IMG/VR virus record: IMGVR_UViG_3300044844_000928
DNA: 64,000 nt
Source of the DNA: a virus
Reading direction: 5' to 3' (one strand)
Part shown: piece after piece, positions 8,465 to 17,330 of the stretch
Numbering within the stretch: the first letter of the stretch is position 1
How the letters are laid out: every line of letters begins with the position of its first letter
The notes under the pieces: generated by a model
Databases searched by the model: none
Seen by the model: only the letters and a program-made list of their open reading frames with translations
What the model was told of the DNA's origin: nothing
Made by a program: the position numbers and the translations under genes

Positions 8465-8590
8465 ATGCATAATGAAATAACCTATCTATATTTTTGTACA
8501 CTCGGCGGGTTAGCTAACCCTCGTTGTATGAAAATGGAACACCGAAACGGGACTCATGTTTATTATACCTACCATTTTGGAGTTGAATGA
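8465..8590 (+). CDS. Small hypothetical protein (41 aa), not in ORF track
   Basis: MHNEITYLYFCTLGGLANPRC...; GGA upstream; ATGA overlap with next ORF. Confidence 0.5.
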   Translation: MHNEITYLYFCTLGGLANPRCMKMEHRNGTHVYYTYHFGVE

Positions 8591-8748
8591 TGGCATCCTC
8601 ATATTTTATATGTTGTACAAATTTAGAAACTAAATTATCAGAGCATTTTAAAGTGCCACATTCAATATATGTTTATATTAAACAGTTAGAATGTCAGATA
8701 TATAAACTTAAAAAAGAAAATTGTAACGGAGAAAATGATGAAAACTGA
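8587..8748 (+). CDS. Small hypothetical protein (53 aa), not in ORF track
   Basis: MMASSYFICCTNLETK...; GGAG upstream; tiles the operon. Confidence 0.5.
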   Translation: MMASSYFICCTNLETKLSEHFKVPHSIYVYIKQLECQIYKLKKENCNGENDEN

Positions 8749-8968
8749 AATTGAAAAATTGATTAAAAGATGGGACGAATCCTTAGTTGATGAAAATGAA
8801 GAATTTGAAGAACAAATGGCTAAACTTGTAAAACTGGTTATAGAGGATGTTCTATATTATGTTGAAGATGAAGTCAATTATGAAGCCGGTAGAACTGTGG
8901 CAAAAAATGTTGATGCTGCTATTAAAGAACATTACGGGTTGAAAGATAATGAAACTGCAAACAAATAA
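8735..8968 (+). CDS. Hypothetical protein
   Basis: 77-aa ORF with GGAG RBS. Confidence 0.6.
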   Translation: MMKTEIEKLIKRWDESLVDENEEFEEQMAKLVKLVIEDVLYYVEDEVNYEAGRTVAKNVDAAIKEHYGLKDNETANK

Positions 8969-9044
8969 ATCATATCGAAATAATGAGCATGAATTTACAC
9001 CTTGACGCAATGTAAATTATTTTTAAAAAAAAGATAAAAAAAGC

Positions 9045-9072
9045 TTTACTTTTACAAAAAACATAGTATAAT
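9045..9072 (+). promoter_or_regulatory. Early promoter with A-rich UP element
   Basis: TTTACT-N16-TATAAT. Confidence 0.75.
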
Positions 9073-9118
9073 AGAATCTATAAATTGAACTTAAATCCTA
9101 ATTTTCGGAGTGTATATT

Positions 9119-9781
9119 ATGTCTAAATTAACTTTTTCTGTTATCAAAGCTGCTGTTGAAACCGCTGTTTCTGCTTACGATACTCGTCGTGAGAACGCAT
9201 TTAAATCTCTTGTTGAAAGCGCCGGCGTTGCGCCAACCATCGGTAAAGATGGTCGTTTTCATGCGCCTTGCGATGGGTATCAATGGGGAGAACAAGTTTA
9301 TATGGGCGGTCAATACCTACCATATGATGAAGACGATAACCGTTCGTCTGTTATCAAAGGTAAATACAAAATCGAAACTTCTTTGTTTGAAGAGTTTAAC
9401 CAACTTTTCGGTGGCAACTGCTCTATAGGTAAAAGCTGGGTTCAAAATGGCGTTGAGGTTGCTTACCTTTACTGCATGCTGTCTAGAACTCAAAATACCG
9501 CTATTTCAAAATTGGTTCCGGAAGGTGGTAAAATTGTTGTCGCAGTTAAAGAAGGAGAAACGCCTACTAATTCTGTATGGAAATGGAGCGATGCTCGTCA
9601 GTGGAATAAAATCGTTAATTCTGGTATGGATATTGATACCGCAGAATTCTTTTATTCTCCTGGAGTTAAATGGAAAGTTGAGCCTGGCAGAAAAATTAAA
9701 GGTAAACTTCGCGAGGTCTATTCGGATCTTGATGGCAAACAGGTTCACTACGAACACATCGACAACACTATCTACGCTTAA
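9119..9781 (+). CDS. Hypothetical early protein
   Basis: GGAG RBS; GRFHAPCDGY...GGQYLP motif. Confidence 0.7.
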   Translation: MSKLTFSVIKAAVETAVSAYDTRRENAFKSLVESAGVAPTIGKDGRFHAPCDGYQWGEQVYMGGQYLPYDEDDNRSSVIKGKYKIETSLFEEFNQLFGGNCSIGKSWVQNGVEVAYLYCMLSRTQNTAISKLVPEGGKIVVAVKEGETPTNSVWKWSDARQWNKIVNSGMDIDTAEFFYSPGVKWKVEPGRKIKGKLREVYSDLDGKQVHYEHIDNTIYA

Positions 9782-9794
9782 TCAGGAGAATACC

Positions 9795-10025
9795 ATGGCA
9801 ACATTTAGATACAGAGATATTATTTGTAACAGAGATACCGTTGACGGCGTTGTTAAAGTTAAATCATCATTTGAGTTTAAAACGGTTAAAGAACTCAATG
9901 AGAAACTAAGAATTAATGATTCTGATAAGTTTTATGTAAAAACTGTCCAATATTTTTCTGAAACGCTTAAACCGGTTTATCAAAAATATTCAGAGTTTGA
10001 TGTGCTCATGGGATGGGTCGAGTAA
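9795..10025 (+). CDS. Hypothetical protein
   Basis: AGGAG RBS before ATG 9795 (C-terminal part of track ORF 9447-10025). Confidence 0.65.
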   Translation: MATFRYRDIICNRDTVDGVVKVKSSFEFKTVKELNEKLRINDSDKFYVKTVQYFSETLKPVYQKYSEFDVLMGWVE

Positions 10026-10180
10026 TGAACGAAACACACTTCCTAAAAATTGACGGCGAAACATTCATATGTGAATGTGGCTCAAATATGTTCCATTATG
10101 ATATTAATCCACCCGCCGGTTATGAGTGGCACGTATGTAATGGGTGTGGAACAACTTACCAATCTGAAGAGATAAATTAA
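10025..10180 (+). CDS. Small zinc-ribbon protein (51 aa), not in ORF track
   Basis: FICECGSNMF...VCNGCGTTY (CxC...CxxC); TAATG overlap with upstream gene. Confidence 0.65.
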   Translation: MNETHFLKIDGETFICECGSNMFHYDINPPAGYEWHVCNGCGTTYQSEEIN

Positions 10181-10188
10181 AATAAAGC

Positions 10189-10217
10189 TTTACTTTAAAT
10201 TAAAATTAAGGTATAAT
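10189..10217 (+). promoter_or_regulatory. Early promoter
   Basis: TTTACT-N17-TATAAT. Confidence 0.75.
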
Positions 10218-10245
10218 TCCTTGAACTTAAAAATTGAGGTGTTAA

Positions 10246-10389
10246 ATGAATTTTAAATCTGTGTTAGAAAAAACTTTACAAACCGCCGGCGCTAAACCTG
10301 AACCTATGCAGGCTAAAACCAACACCCAAAAAGAATTGATGGAATGGGTTGTGATTCAACAAGAAATTGTGAGAACTGCTAATGTCTGA
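10246..10389 (+). CDS. Small hypothetical protein (47 aa), not in ORF track
   Basis: GAGGTG RBS; first ORF after the promoter. Confidence 0.6.
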   Translation: MNFKSVLEKTLQTAGAKPEPMQAKTNTQKELMEWVVIQQEIVRTANV

Positions 10390-10615
10390 TACAATGTTTT
10401 ATAATCATATCGGACCAACATTAGGCAGATTGTTGATGAAGTTTGATGATGAAATTAATTCTAGCGAAGAACGCCTTGATAAAATTAAAGATTTGTTAGC
10501 AGAATTTGACCATCTAAAGCCTTATGCCTTTGGCAAGTTATATAATTTGAACGCAGAAGATTTAGCTATCGATATGATGGCTTTCCACAATAAAGTATTA
10601 TGGGAAAAATATTAA
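10382..10615 (+). CDS. Hypothetical protein
   Basis: 77-aa ORF tiling the operon. Confidence 0.6.
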   Translation: MSDTMFYNHIGPTLGRLLMKFDDEINSSEERLDKIKDLLAEFDHLKPYAFGKLYNLNAEDLAIDMMAFHNKVLWEKY

Positions 10616-11304
10616 TGAAAATTATCAGCGACTTTAAAGATTATTATGATTATCTTTCTCACCAATATGGCGTTGATGAGAAAATCGTTTTTAACAGAAA
10701 GCCTATTCCTAACAATGATGAAACTAAATCTATTCTAAAGGAAACATTAGGATTGGTCAGAGAATATAAATATGCATTAGATAACAAACTTTTTAGTATT
10801 GGCAACGAAAAAAGCTCAAATTACAGATGGCTTTCAGTCAATGGTATTTTGTATTTGGTATACAGAGAAAGGTTGATGTATGCCAATTCTCCATATAAAG
10901 TTTTTACCCGCGAACAATATGACTTTTTCTTTCCTAAAGATATACATAGTTTTAGAAAAAAACGTTTGTATGGAGACTTAGTAGGTAACGCAAACTTTGT
11001 TAAAGAGTTAACCGGTATTCATGCCAAATTAAATACTCCAGTATTTTGGTTTGATAACACAGGGTTTGGTGAAATGTTATTTATTGGTGAGTCTAACGAA
11101 TCTAAATATAAAGCTCCAATTTTATCTGAACTTGGATTTGCTTCTATTTACCCAGCAGATAAACTATTTCAGGATATCTCATATTTTATGGGTAATGTTA
11201 TGAGAGGATCTCCTGATATTAAACCGCCCGTAGAAATTGAAAATAAAGACAAAATTCTTGCTCATGGGTTTGACCTTAAACAAAGTTTTAGACATCGGAA
11301 ATAA
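10615..11304 (+). CDS. Conserved phage hypothetical protein
   Basis: MKIISDFKDYYD...YGVD N-terminus and DKI..HGFD.K.SFR C-terminus; TAATG coupling. Confidence 0.7.
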   Translation: MKIISDFKDYYDYLSHQYGVDEKIVFNRKPIPNNDETKSILKETLGLVREYKYALDNKLFSIGNEKSSNYRWLSVNGILYLVYRERLMYANSPYKVFTREQYDFFFPKDIHSFRKKRLYGDLVGNANFVKELTGIHAKLNTPVFWFDNTGFGEMLFIGESNESKYKAPILSELGFASIYPADKLFQDISYFMGNVMRGSPDIKPPVEIENKDKILAHGFDLKQSFRHRK

Positions 11305-11305
11305 T

Positions 11306-11515
11306 ATGGTTTCAAACAAACAAAATTTATTAAAATTAAAAATTCGCTCAATGGTTATAGTTGGTGTATTACTTAATGCTGTGATTGTATATATGTCTAT
11401 AAACTCATATTACACTTGGGCGTTTGTTGCTACGGTAGCGCTTCAATGTATAAATTTATTATCAATCGTAAAATTGAATCATCGATATGAATGGATTTAC
11501 GGTGATGAGATATAA
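11306..11515 (+). CDS. Small two-TM membrane protein
   Basis: Two hydrophobic segments; start ATG 11306. Confidence 0.55.
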   Translation: MVSNKQNLLKLKIRSMVIVGVLLNAVIVYMSINSYYTWAFVATVALQCINLLSIVKLNHRYEWIYGDEI

Positions 11516-11516
11516 C

Positions 11517-11554
11517 AAAAAAAGACCCGATTCCGGCTAAGGTTTCGGGTCTTT
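11517..11554. terminator. Terminator between convergent operons
   Basis: AAAGACCCGA...TCGGGTCTTT inverted repeat, with a long T-run on the minus strand. Confidence 0.75.
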
Positions 11555-11556
11555 CA

Positions 11557-14139
11557 TTATGAATTAAATTTGTATCGGCTATCAAACAACCGGTTTAACG
11601 AACCATCATTATTTTTAACATCCTTTCTTACTACATTAGTTTGATTAGAGTTTGTTATCGTTGTTGGTGATATAATAGTCGTACCAGAATCACCGTTATT
11701 ACCCGCCGCCATTCTAGCATCTTCAGACCCTGTACTTGCTTTAATTAATTCTCTTGATGAATCAACTTTTTCGGCAGTAGGTTTTAATTGATAAAATCTA
11801 GCAGTCGTTGGGTCTTCATTATCTTCCAACATTTTTCTAATTTGGTCTTTAGGCTTATTATCCCTTTCAGCAAGTAGGTTAACTTTCATATCTTCAACCT
11901 TACTTAATTGTTCTTTAAAGATTTTTATATCTTCTTCAGTATTTGATGATTCAGATAACTGTTTTGCGGCTTTGACTCGTTCTTCCTCAACCTTCTTAAA
12001 CTCAGTATTGTAATCTTTTGTTGCAGGTTCAGCCTTTACCGGTTGACCGTTTACCGTAGCTTCTGTTGTTTGCGCAGTATCAGCGTTTGGTTTAACATCA
12101 GTTCCTAATTCACCTGTAGTAACATCCGGCTTATCAGCGTTTGGTTTAACATCAGTTCCTAATTCACCTGTAGTAACATCCGGCTTATCAGCGTTTGGTT
12201 TATCTTCCGGTTTAATTCCTTCTAATAGTTTACCCGCGTCTTCTTTAGGTGTTTCCTCAGCTTTTGGTTCTTCAGTGCCAGTTAACTTTTTCATCTCTTC
12301 CCAAACTTGGTTTTTGACTTCAGTTAATCTGGTTCCAGCTTCTGGGTCTTCTTCCGGTTTAATTCCGTAAACATCTTCATAAACTTCTTTAGCGACTAAT
12401 GCCGCTGTAGCAGGAATAGCAGTTGCCGCTGAACCTAATCCACTGACAGCTTCTAATCCGGCGGCTACCTTATCACCTTCAGCTAATGAGACAGCAGCAG
12501 CACCTAATCCTATTAATGCACCTATTCCTGGGATAGATTTTCCAGCGGCTTTCAATGCGGCTTTCGGTAGGCGTTTTGCTATAGATTCTGATATCAGTTT
12601 ACCTGTATCTTTTAACGCTTCAGATTTTACTACTTTAGCAACACCAGTTTTAGCTGCACCTGCTACCTTTGACACAGAACCCTTAGCAGTCTCGGCAAGC
12701 TCTACGGCTTTAGTTGGTATTCCTTTAGCAGCTGCCCCAATAGCACCAACAGCGGCTTTACCGGACTCTAGAACAGCTTTACCAGCTGTTGCCGCACCTA
12801 CCGCCATACCTCCTACTACACGCGCAACATTAGCCGCTCCACGTTTTAATATATTTCCTTTTGGGTTTCTTCTAGAAGTTCTTGTAGGACTTCGTTTAGG
12901 GTTTCGGTCTCTTTTTTCACCGCCTAAAAAATCATCAAATACTGAATCATCATTTTTGTTGTTTCCTCCACCAAAACCTTTACTTTCAAATCTTTGTAAA
13001 ATTTCATATATTTTGGTTTGAATTTTTAATTGTTCATCAGAGGTTTTATATTGTTTACTCGATATGTCTAACTGCTGTTTATTTTGATTAAGTAGGTTTT
13101 CTTGAAATTTAAAATTGTCGATTTCTTCTTGAGACTTAGTGTTACTGTCTTTATGCTCGGCTTCATCTAATGATGTTGATGGAACAGCAGATTCTGGTTT
13201 AACCGATTCAGCCTTTACCGGCGCTTCTTTTATCTCTAATCTATTAGTTTTTTCAACATATTTTTTGATTTTTTCTATCTTAGTTTCGATGGTCTTAATC
13301 AATTTACTGTCTTGTGTTAAGTTGTTTTCTTTTAATACCTTTAAATCTTTTTCAAACTCAACATATTCTTTAGCCTGTTTTCTCAGTTCCTTTGATTCAG
13401 CTAACAGTTTGCCTTTTACTTCTTCAGTATTACCCTTTTTCAAAAGCTTAGGATTTTCCTTTAATACCTTATCAACATAAGCCTTATGTGATTTTGTGTC
13501 GGCAGCAAGTTTAGCCAACGGAGAAAACTGTACAGATGATTCTACAGCTTTTACTGCGCTTTTATTTGCTTTCTTTTCAGGTATAACCTGTTCAAATTCA
13601 GGCTTTTGTTTTTCGCTCAAATCGTATTTTGTAAATGCTAAAGCATTACTTACACGCTTACTCAGCATAGAATAATCTTTTACACCAAGCTTTTTCTGAA
13701 ACGCATCAATACCAGAAAAGAACCTACTTGGTGGTTCTTTTCTTATTGGTGGTTGAAATACTGGAGTCTGCGCTGGTTCATTAACTTTAGTTTCTGTTTT
13801 ATTAATGACAGATGAAGAAAACTTGCCTTTTAAGGATTCCATCAATTTTAATAGATTGCTATTTTTATCGTTGATGCCTTTATCGATGTTAGATAAAAGT
13901 TTACCGAAATCTGTATTCTCAAATGAATTATCAACTAATGAATGTAAATCGGCAGTGGCATTTAAAATTTTACTTCCTGTTTGAATAGGTGTGCCAGAAA
14001 CATTTCCGGCGGCTACTTTTATTTCTTCCTTTAACTCTACAGCTTTTTCTTTTAGTTCATTAGTATCTTCTTTGATATCAGACACCTGTTTTGCCTGCTT
14101 ATCCAGTAATGCGGTCAAACTTTTATCCCGTTTACTCAT
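11557..14139 (-). CDS. Tape-measure/baseplate hub (gp29-like) protein
   Basis: 860 aa, helical Lys/Glu-rich; Ala/Gly-rich GKSIPGIGALIGLG segment; C-terminal IISPTTITNSN; directly downstream of gp26-gp51. Confidence 0.65.
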   Translation of the reverse strand: MSKRDKSLTALLDKQAKQVSDIKEDTNELKEKAVELKEEIKVAAGNVSGTPIQTGSKILNATADLHSLVDNSFENTDFGKLLSNIDKGINDKNSNLLKLMESLKGKFSSSVINKTETKVNEPAQTPVFQPPIRKEPPSRFFSGIDAFQKKLGVKDYSMLSKRVSNALAFTKYDLSEKQKPEFEQVIPEKKANKSAVKAVESSVQFSPLAKLAADTKSHKAYVDKVLKENPKLLKKGNTEEVKGKLLAESKELRKQAKEYVEFEKDLKVLKENNLTQDSKLIKTIETKIEKIKKYVEKTNRLEIKEAPVKAESVKPESAVPSTSLDEAEHKDSNTKSQEEIDNFKFQENLLNQNKQQLDISSKQYKTSDEQLKIQTKIYEILQRFESKGFGGGNNKNDDSVFDDFLGGEKRDRNPKRSPTRTSRRNPKGNILKRGAANVARVVGGMAVGAATAGKAVLESGKAAVGAIGAAAKGIPTKAVELAETAKGSVSKVAGAAKTGVAKVVKSEALKDTGKLISESIAKRLPKAALKAAGKSIPGIGALIGLGAAAVSLAEGDKVAAGLEAVSGLGSAATAIPATAALVAKEVYEDVYGIKPEEDPEAGTRLTEVKNQVWEEMKKLTGTEEPKAEETPKEDAGKLLEGIKPEDKPNADKPDVTTGELGTDVKPNADKPDVTTGELGTDVKPNADTAQTTEATVNGQPVKAEPATKDYNTEFKKVEEERVKAAKQLSESSNTEEDIKIFKEQLSKVEDMKVNLLAERDNKPKDQIRKMLEDNEDPTTARFYQLKPTAEKVDSSRELIKASTGSEDARMAAGNNGDSGTTIISPTTITNSNQTNVVRKDVKNNDGSLNRLFDSRYKFNS
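12078..12202 (-). repeat. Perfect 54-bp coding tandem repeat (~2.3 copies)
   Basis: Units start at 12078, 12132, 12186; encodes KPNADKPDVTTGELGTDV. Confidence 0.9.
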
Positions 14140-14321
14140 TTTCTTTTATTCCTTTCTATTCGTTCCTTTTCTTCTTTCAAATGCATAATTAACAACGAAA
14201 CGTATATTTCCCTTTCAAATGGCATTAATCTTTCAATGTCGCCTATGCTGTATTTATGATATTGAATAAGGGCAAAATTCGTCTTCATATAATTCAGCAA
14301 ATTATCGTGGCTCATTGCCAT
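14136..14321 (-). CDS. 51: Baseplate hub assembly protein gp51-like
   Basis: HDNL.NY.KTNF.L.Q.HKYS...IE.LMPFEREIYV.LL, the typical short ORF after gp26. Confidence 0.75.
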   Translation of the reverse strand: MAMSHDNLLNYMKTNFALIQYHKYSIGDIERLMPFEREIYVSLLIMHLKEEKERIERNKRK

Positions 14322-15034
14322 TAAAAAAAATATTCGATCCCTTCTATAATTTTATTATGCGCTTTACCGCAATCAGGACATTTGTATTTTACCCGTTGAA
14401 CCATTTGTGGCATGGTTTCAAAAAATTCATAAACCTTGTTGAAGTTTTCTTTTGTTAAGGTGTTAAAGAAATCAACAACTTCTTCTTTAGTGTAATCTGA
14501 GATGTGATGTATTTCTTCTTTATCATAAATGTAATCAACGCTATCAATTACCAAATCGAATTCCATTTCTGTATCTTTCAAATTTGAATCCAGCAACTTC
14601 AATGATTTGTACGCAGGGTATTTCATCATAACGCCTACGTCATCAAATAAAGAAATTCGTTTTGTATGCTTAGGGTTTTTCTCAACGTTGATGTTTTCTA
14701 AATTGAAACTGATTTTAACCTTAGATGTTGGTGTAACACAATCATCACATGAGAATATTAACTCTGCGGTTTCACCTACCGATTTTGCTCTAATTTGAAG
14801 GAATATGTATTCGATGTCAAATATAGCTAACTTATCAGTGTCAAGTGGGCTTAGAACGCAACGGCTTATTACGTCTAAAATTGTATCAATCATTACATCA
14901 AGATCTTCTGATTCTTGAGCAATTAATAACGCTTTTTCATCTTCAACTAAAAATGGATGAAACTTGATAGTTTCCCCAGAAGATGGAATTTTTGTTGTAT
15001 AAACTGGGGCGCTTTTTTTAGGTTGTGGTAACAT
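14321..15034 (-). CDS. 26: Baseplate hub assembly chaperone gp26
   Basis: PVY...IPS.G..IKF.PFLV..EK.LLIA.ES, FDIEYIFLQIRAKSVGE, two CxxC, ends FF. Confidence 0.9.
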   Translation of the reverse strand: MLPQPKKSAPVYTTKIPSSGETIKFHPFLVEDEKALLIAQESEDLDVMIDTILDVISRCVLSPLDTDKLAIFDIEYIFLQIRAKSVGETAELIFSCDDCVTPTSKVKISFNLENINVEKNPKHTKRISLFDDVGVMMKYPAYKSLKLLDSNLKDTEMEFDLVIDSVDYIYDKEEIHHISDYTKEEVVDFFNTLTKENFNKVYEFFETMPQMVQRVKYKCPDCGKAHNKIIEGIEYFF

Positions 15035-15035
15035 A

Positions 15036-15458
15036 CTATCCCTTATTCGTCAAATCATTAATCATTTTATTCAACTCGCTAGTTGTACCAACAAATATAC
15101 TATTGTTGGTGACAGTTTTAGGAGATTCACTTTCAACTTTACCCTTTAAGCCTTTTTTCTTAACATGTAAATCTATGACCTGATGGTTCATATCTGAAAG
15201 CTGTTTCAATAAACCGGCTACAATTTCAAACGCTCTAGGAGCTTCACTAGATTTTGCTATGTCAATTATAGACTCAAGCGCGTCTTCTCCTTGTGATATT
15301 AATGATTTTATATTTTCTCTTGCGTATTCAAAATCATTCTCAGCTTCAAACGGTTCTGCTCTCACTAACGGCGCTTTCGTTACTTCACCTACAATCTCAC
15401 CCTCAATTATGTTCGTATCTAAATTGAACACAGTAGCCAAATTATCATCAATTTTCAT
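15036..15458 (-). CDS. 16: Terminase small subunit gp16
   Basis: DFEYAREN...LI..G..AL......A..SE.PRAFE.....TNNSIFVGTTSEL. Confidence 0.9.
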   Translation of the reverse strand: MKIDDNLATVFNLDTNIIEGEIVGEVTKAPLVRAEPFEAENDFEYARENIKSLISQGEDALESIIDIAKSSEAPRAFEIVAGLLKQLSDMNHQVIDLHVKKKGLKGKVESESPKTVTNNSIFVGTTSELNKMINDLTNKG

Positions 15459-16052
15459 TTATGCACCAACAGCAATAGAATGGAACTTATATGACAAATC
15501 TACGGTAACTTTAGCAAATCCTGCTTCATCATAACTTAATGTGATATCTTGAATTTGCTTAGGGTAAACTTCATACAATGTCATCGTCAGTCTGCGATTA
15601 GAATCTCTTTTTTTATCGCCTTGTTTGTTATTAAATGCTTCCGAAGCGCCATCATTAATACCTATAGTCATAGTGGTGGTATAATTTTCATAATATCCCA
15701 TAGTTCTTGTAACAGGGTCAATTACATATTCCGTCCATGCTTCAAAAAACCGGCGCGTCACTAAATCAATATCGCAAATGAATGTTAAAGAAATATCATT
15801 AAACTGTCTAGATGTTGGAATTTTTCTTTGCTCACCAAAGGTTTCGTAAACTGTTTGAACCAACATCATCCCTGGAAGTACAGTTGATTCACATAACATT
15901 GTCAAGTGACTAAATTGGTCAAACAACGATCTACCGGCTTCGTTATCAAAAGCTTTGGGCATAAAAATATCAACATCAAAATGACTGGCTTTACTTAACC
16001 CGTCATTTTTAACCAATGATATGAAATTAATTAAATCTTTGCCTTTACTCAT
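15459..16052 (-). CDS. 54: Baseplate tail-tube initiator gp54-like
   Basis: LCES..LPG, LTFICD......FFE.W, Y..Y, LYEVYP.....I.LSY: tail-tube-fold pattern; synteny with gp2/gp4. Confidence 0.7.
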   Translation of the reverse strand: MSKGKDLINFISLVKNDGLSKASHFDVDIFMPKAFDNEAGRSLFDQFSHLTMLCESTVLPGMMLVQTVYETFGEQRKIPTSRQFNDISLTFICDIDLVTRRFFEAWTEYVIDPVTRTMGYYENYTTTMTIGINDGASEAFNNKQGDKKRDSNRRLTMTLYEVYPKQIQDITLSYDEAGFAKVTVDLSYKFHSIAVGA

Positions 16053-16796
16053 CTATAAACTCCATATTTGTTTAGTCGTCGCACCAACAAACATTTCGTT
16101 TGGTAGCATCGCGCTTAAAATCCATTTATCTGAATGTATCTTTTTTAACGGGGTTTTCAAATGAGCAAACAAATATCTATGAATACATTTTTCGAATTTT
16201 TTATTTTTAGCCGCCTGCTGTAATATTGAATACGAAATTTGTAATCTTTTTGATACTTCTTTTCTAGGGGATGTAGCAACCGCATCCAATGCGTCTAATA
16301 ATATAATCCGTTCTTTGTAATGTAAGTAATGTAAATTAATACCGTAAAATCCATCAGGCATAATTCTGAAAGGAAACACTAATGGAAATTTATCCCAGTA
16401 AGGTAAAGTATCTTTGTGTTTAGCATCATAGTAAAATGAATACATTTCTCCAGGAACAGGAGAACCAGTTGCTCTACCGCTAACCTTTAATGTGGTTGAT
16501 GCTGCTAATGATTTTGCTTCAGAATTAAACCACGCTTTAGATTTTAAAACCAAATCTTTCAACTCATAATTAGTTGATGTTTCTAAGGTGGCTTTTATAT
16601 TAGGCTTTACCGCTGTCTTACGATTCAGTTTATCCCAAGTATCGCCTGACATTTTAATAACGCCATTCTCCATTTTCTCAAATGTAGATGACGCAACGCC
16701 GGCTAAAGTTGCCGCCTTTTGTAAGGTTAACCCATTTTTTGTTCTTAGTTTTTTAATTGCAGCCGGACTTGGACTTTCAACATCTTGCTGTATCAT
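16053..16796 (-). CDS. 2: DNA end protector gp2 with N-terminal XRE-type HTH
   Basis: PGEMY.F.YDAKHK.TLPYWD.FPLVFP...GFYGINLHYL; first ~60 aa read IKKLR...GLTL..AA.LAGV..STF..MENG. Confidence 0.85.
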   Translation of the reverse strand: MIQQDVESPSPAAIKKLRTKNGLTLQKAATLAGVASSTFEKMENGVIKMSGDTWDKLNRKTAVKPNIKATLETSTNYELKDLVLKSKAWFNSEAKSLAASTTLKVSGRATGSPVPGEMYSFYYDAKHKDTLPYWDKFPLVFPFRIMPDGFYGINLHYLHYKERIILLDALDAVATSPRKEVSKRLQISYSILQQAAKNKKFEKCIHRYLFAHLKTPLKKIHSDKWILSAMLPNEMFVGATTKQIWSL

Positions 16797-17260
16797 TTTG
16801 TTTTCCTTTGTGCTATACCTAAATCATATTCATCTAATACAATGAACCCTAACCCACGTTCTTTACAAAAACTTTCTGCCGCTTTCCATTTTGATTGATT
16901 AACCATAAATGTAGAACATTCATTTATGTATCTTTGGGTTTTCTTTCCTTTATATATAGGAGGATTTCTTTGTGAATTAGGCTTAATTTCAACAATATAG
17001 GTTTTAATATTACCTTGTGCATCTTTTACCTTAATTTTAAAATCAGGATAATATCTATGTGGTTTCATATCTGCCATAGATATGTAAGGTATAACCGTTT
17101 CCTCAGATGAATATGAAATTATAGCAGGGTTATTATCTGCCCAATTTAAAAATTTAGTTTCCCAGCTGCTTCTTGATATGATATTAGTTACATCACCAAC
17201 ATACTTTTCTGGGTTTTTAGGAAACCATTTTCGGGGTTTTGGAAATCTCGTTTTTCTCAT
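16793..17260 (-). CDS. 4: Head completion nuclease gp4
   Basis: PKNPEKYVGD..NI..RSSWE..F..W.D.NP.I..YSSEE..IPY....D...HRYYPDF...EIKP...NQ.KW.AA. Confidence 0.92.
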   Translation of the reverse strand: MRKTRFPKPRKWFPKNPEKYVGDVTNIISRSSWETKFLNWADNNPAIISYSSEETVIPYISMADMKPHRYYPDFKIKVKDAQGNIKTYIVEIKPNSQRNPPIYKGKKTQRYINECSTFMVNQSKWKAAESFCKERGLGFIVLDEYDLGIAQRKTK

Positions 17261-17265
17261 AATTT

Positions 17266-17315
17266 TATTTAGCGGCTTAAATAATATAAATGAATGGTTT
17301 ATTTAACTTATTTAA
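17266..17315. promoter_or_regulatory. Divergent late promoter region
   Basis: (C/T)TAAATA on - (17266-17272, 17300-17306, 17309-17315) and on + (17277-17283) between gp4 and gp48. Confidence 0.55.
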
Positions 17316-17330
17316 AAGGATTTTATACCC

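Noticed and set aside
9447-9794. Long N-terminal extension of track ORF 9447-10025 (likewise 2067, 8053, 48394 starts)
   Set aside because: Overlaps upstream genes; better RBS-supported starts exist downstream.
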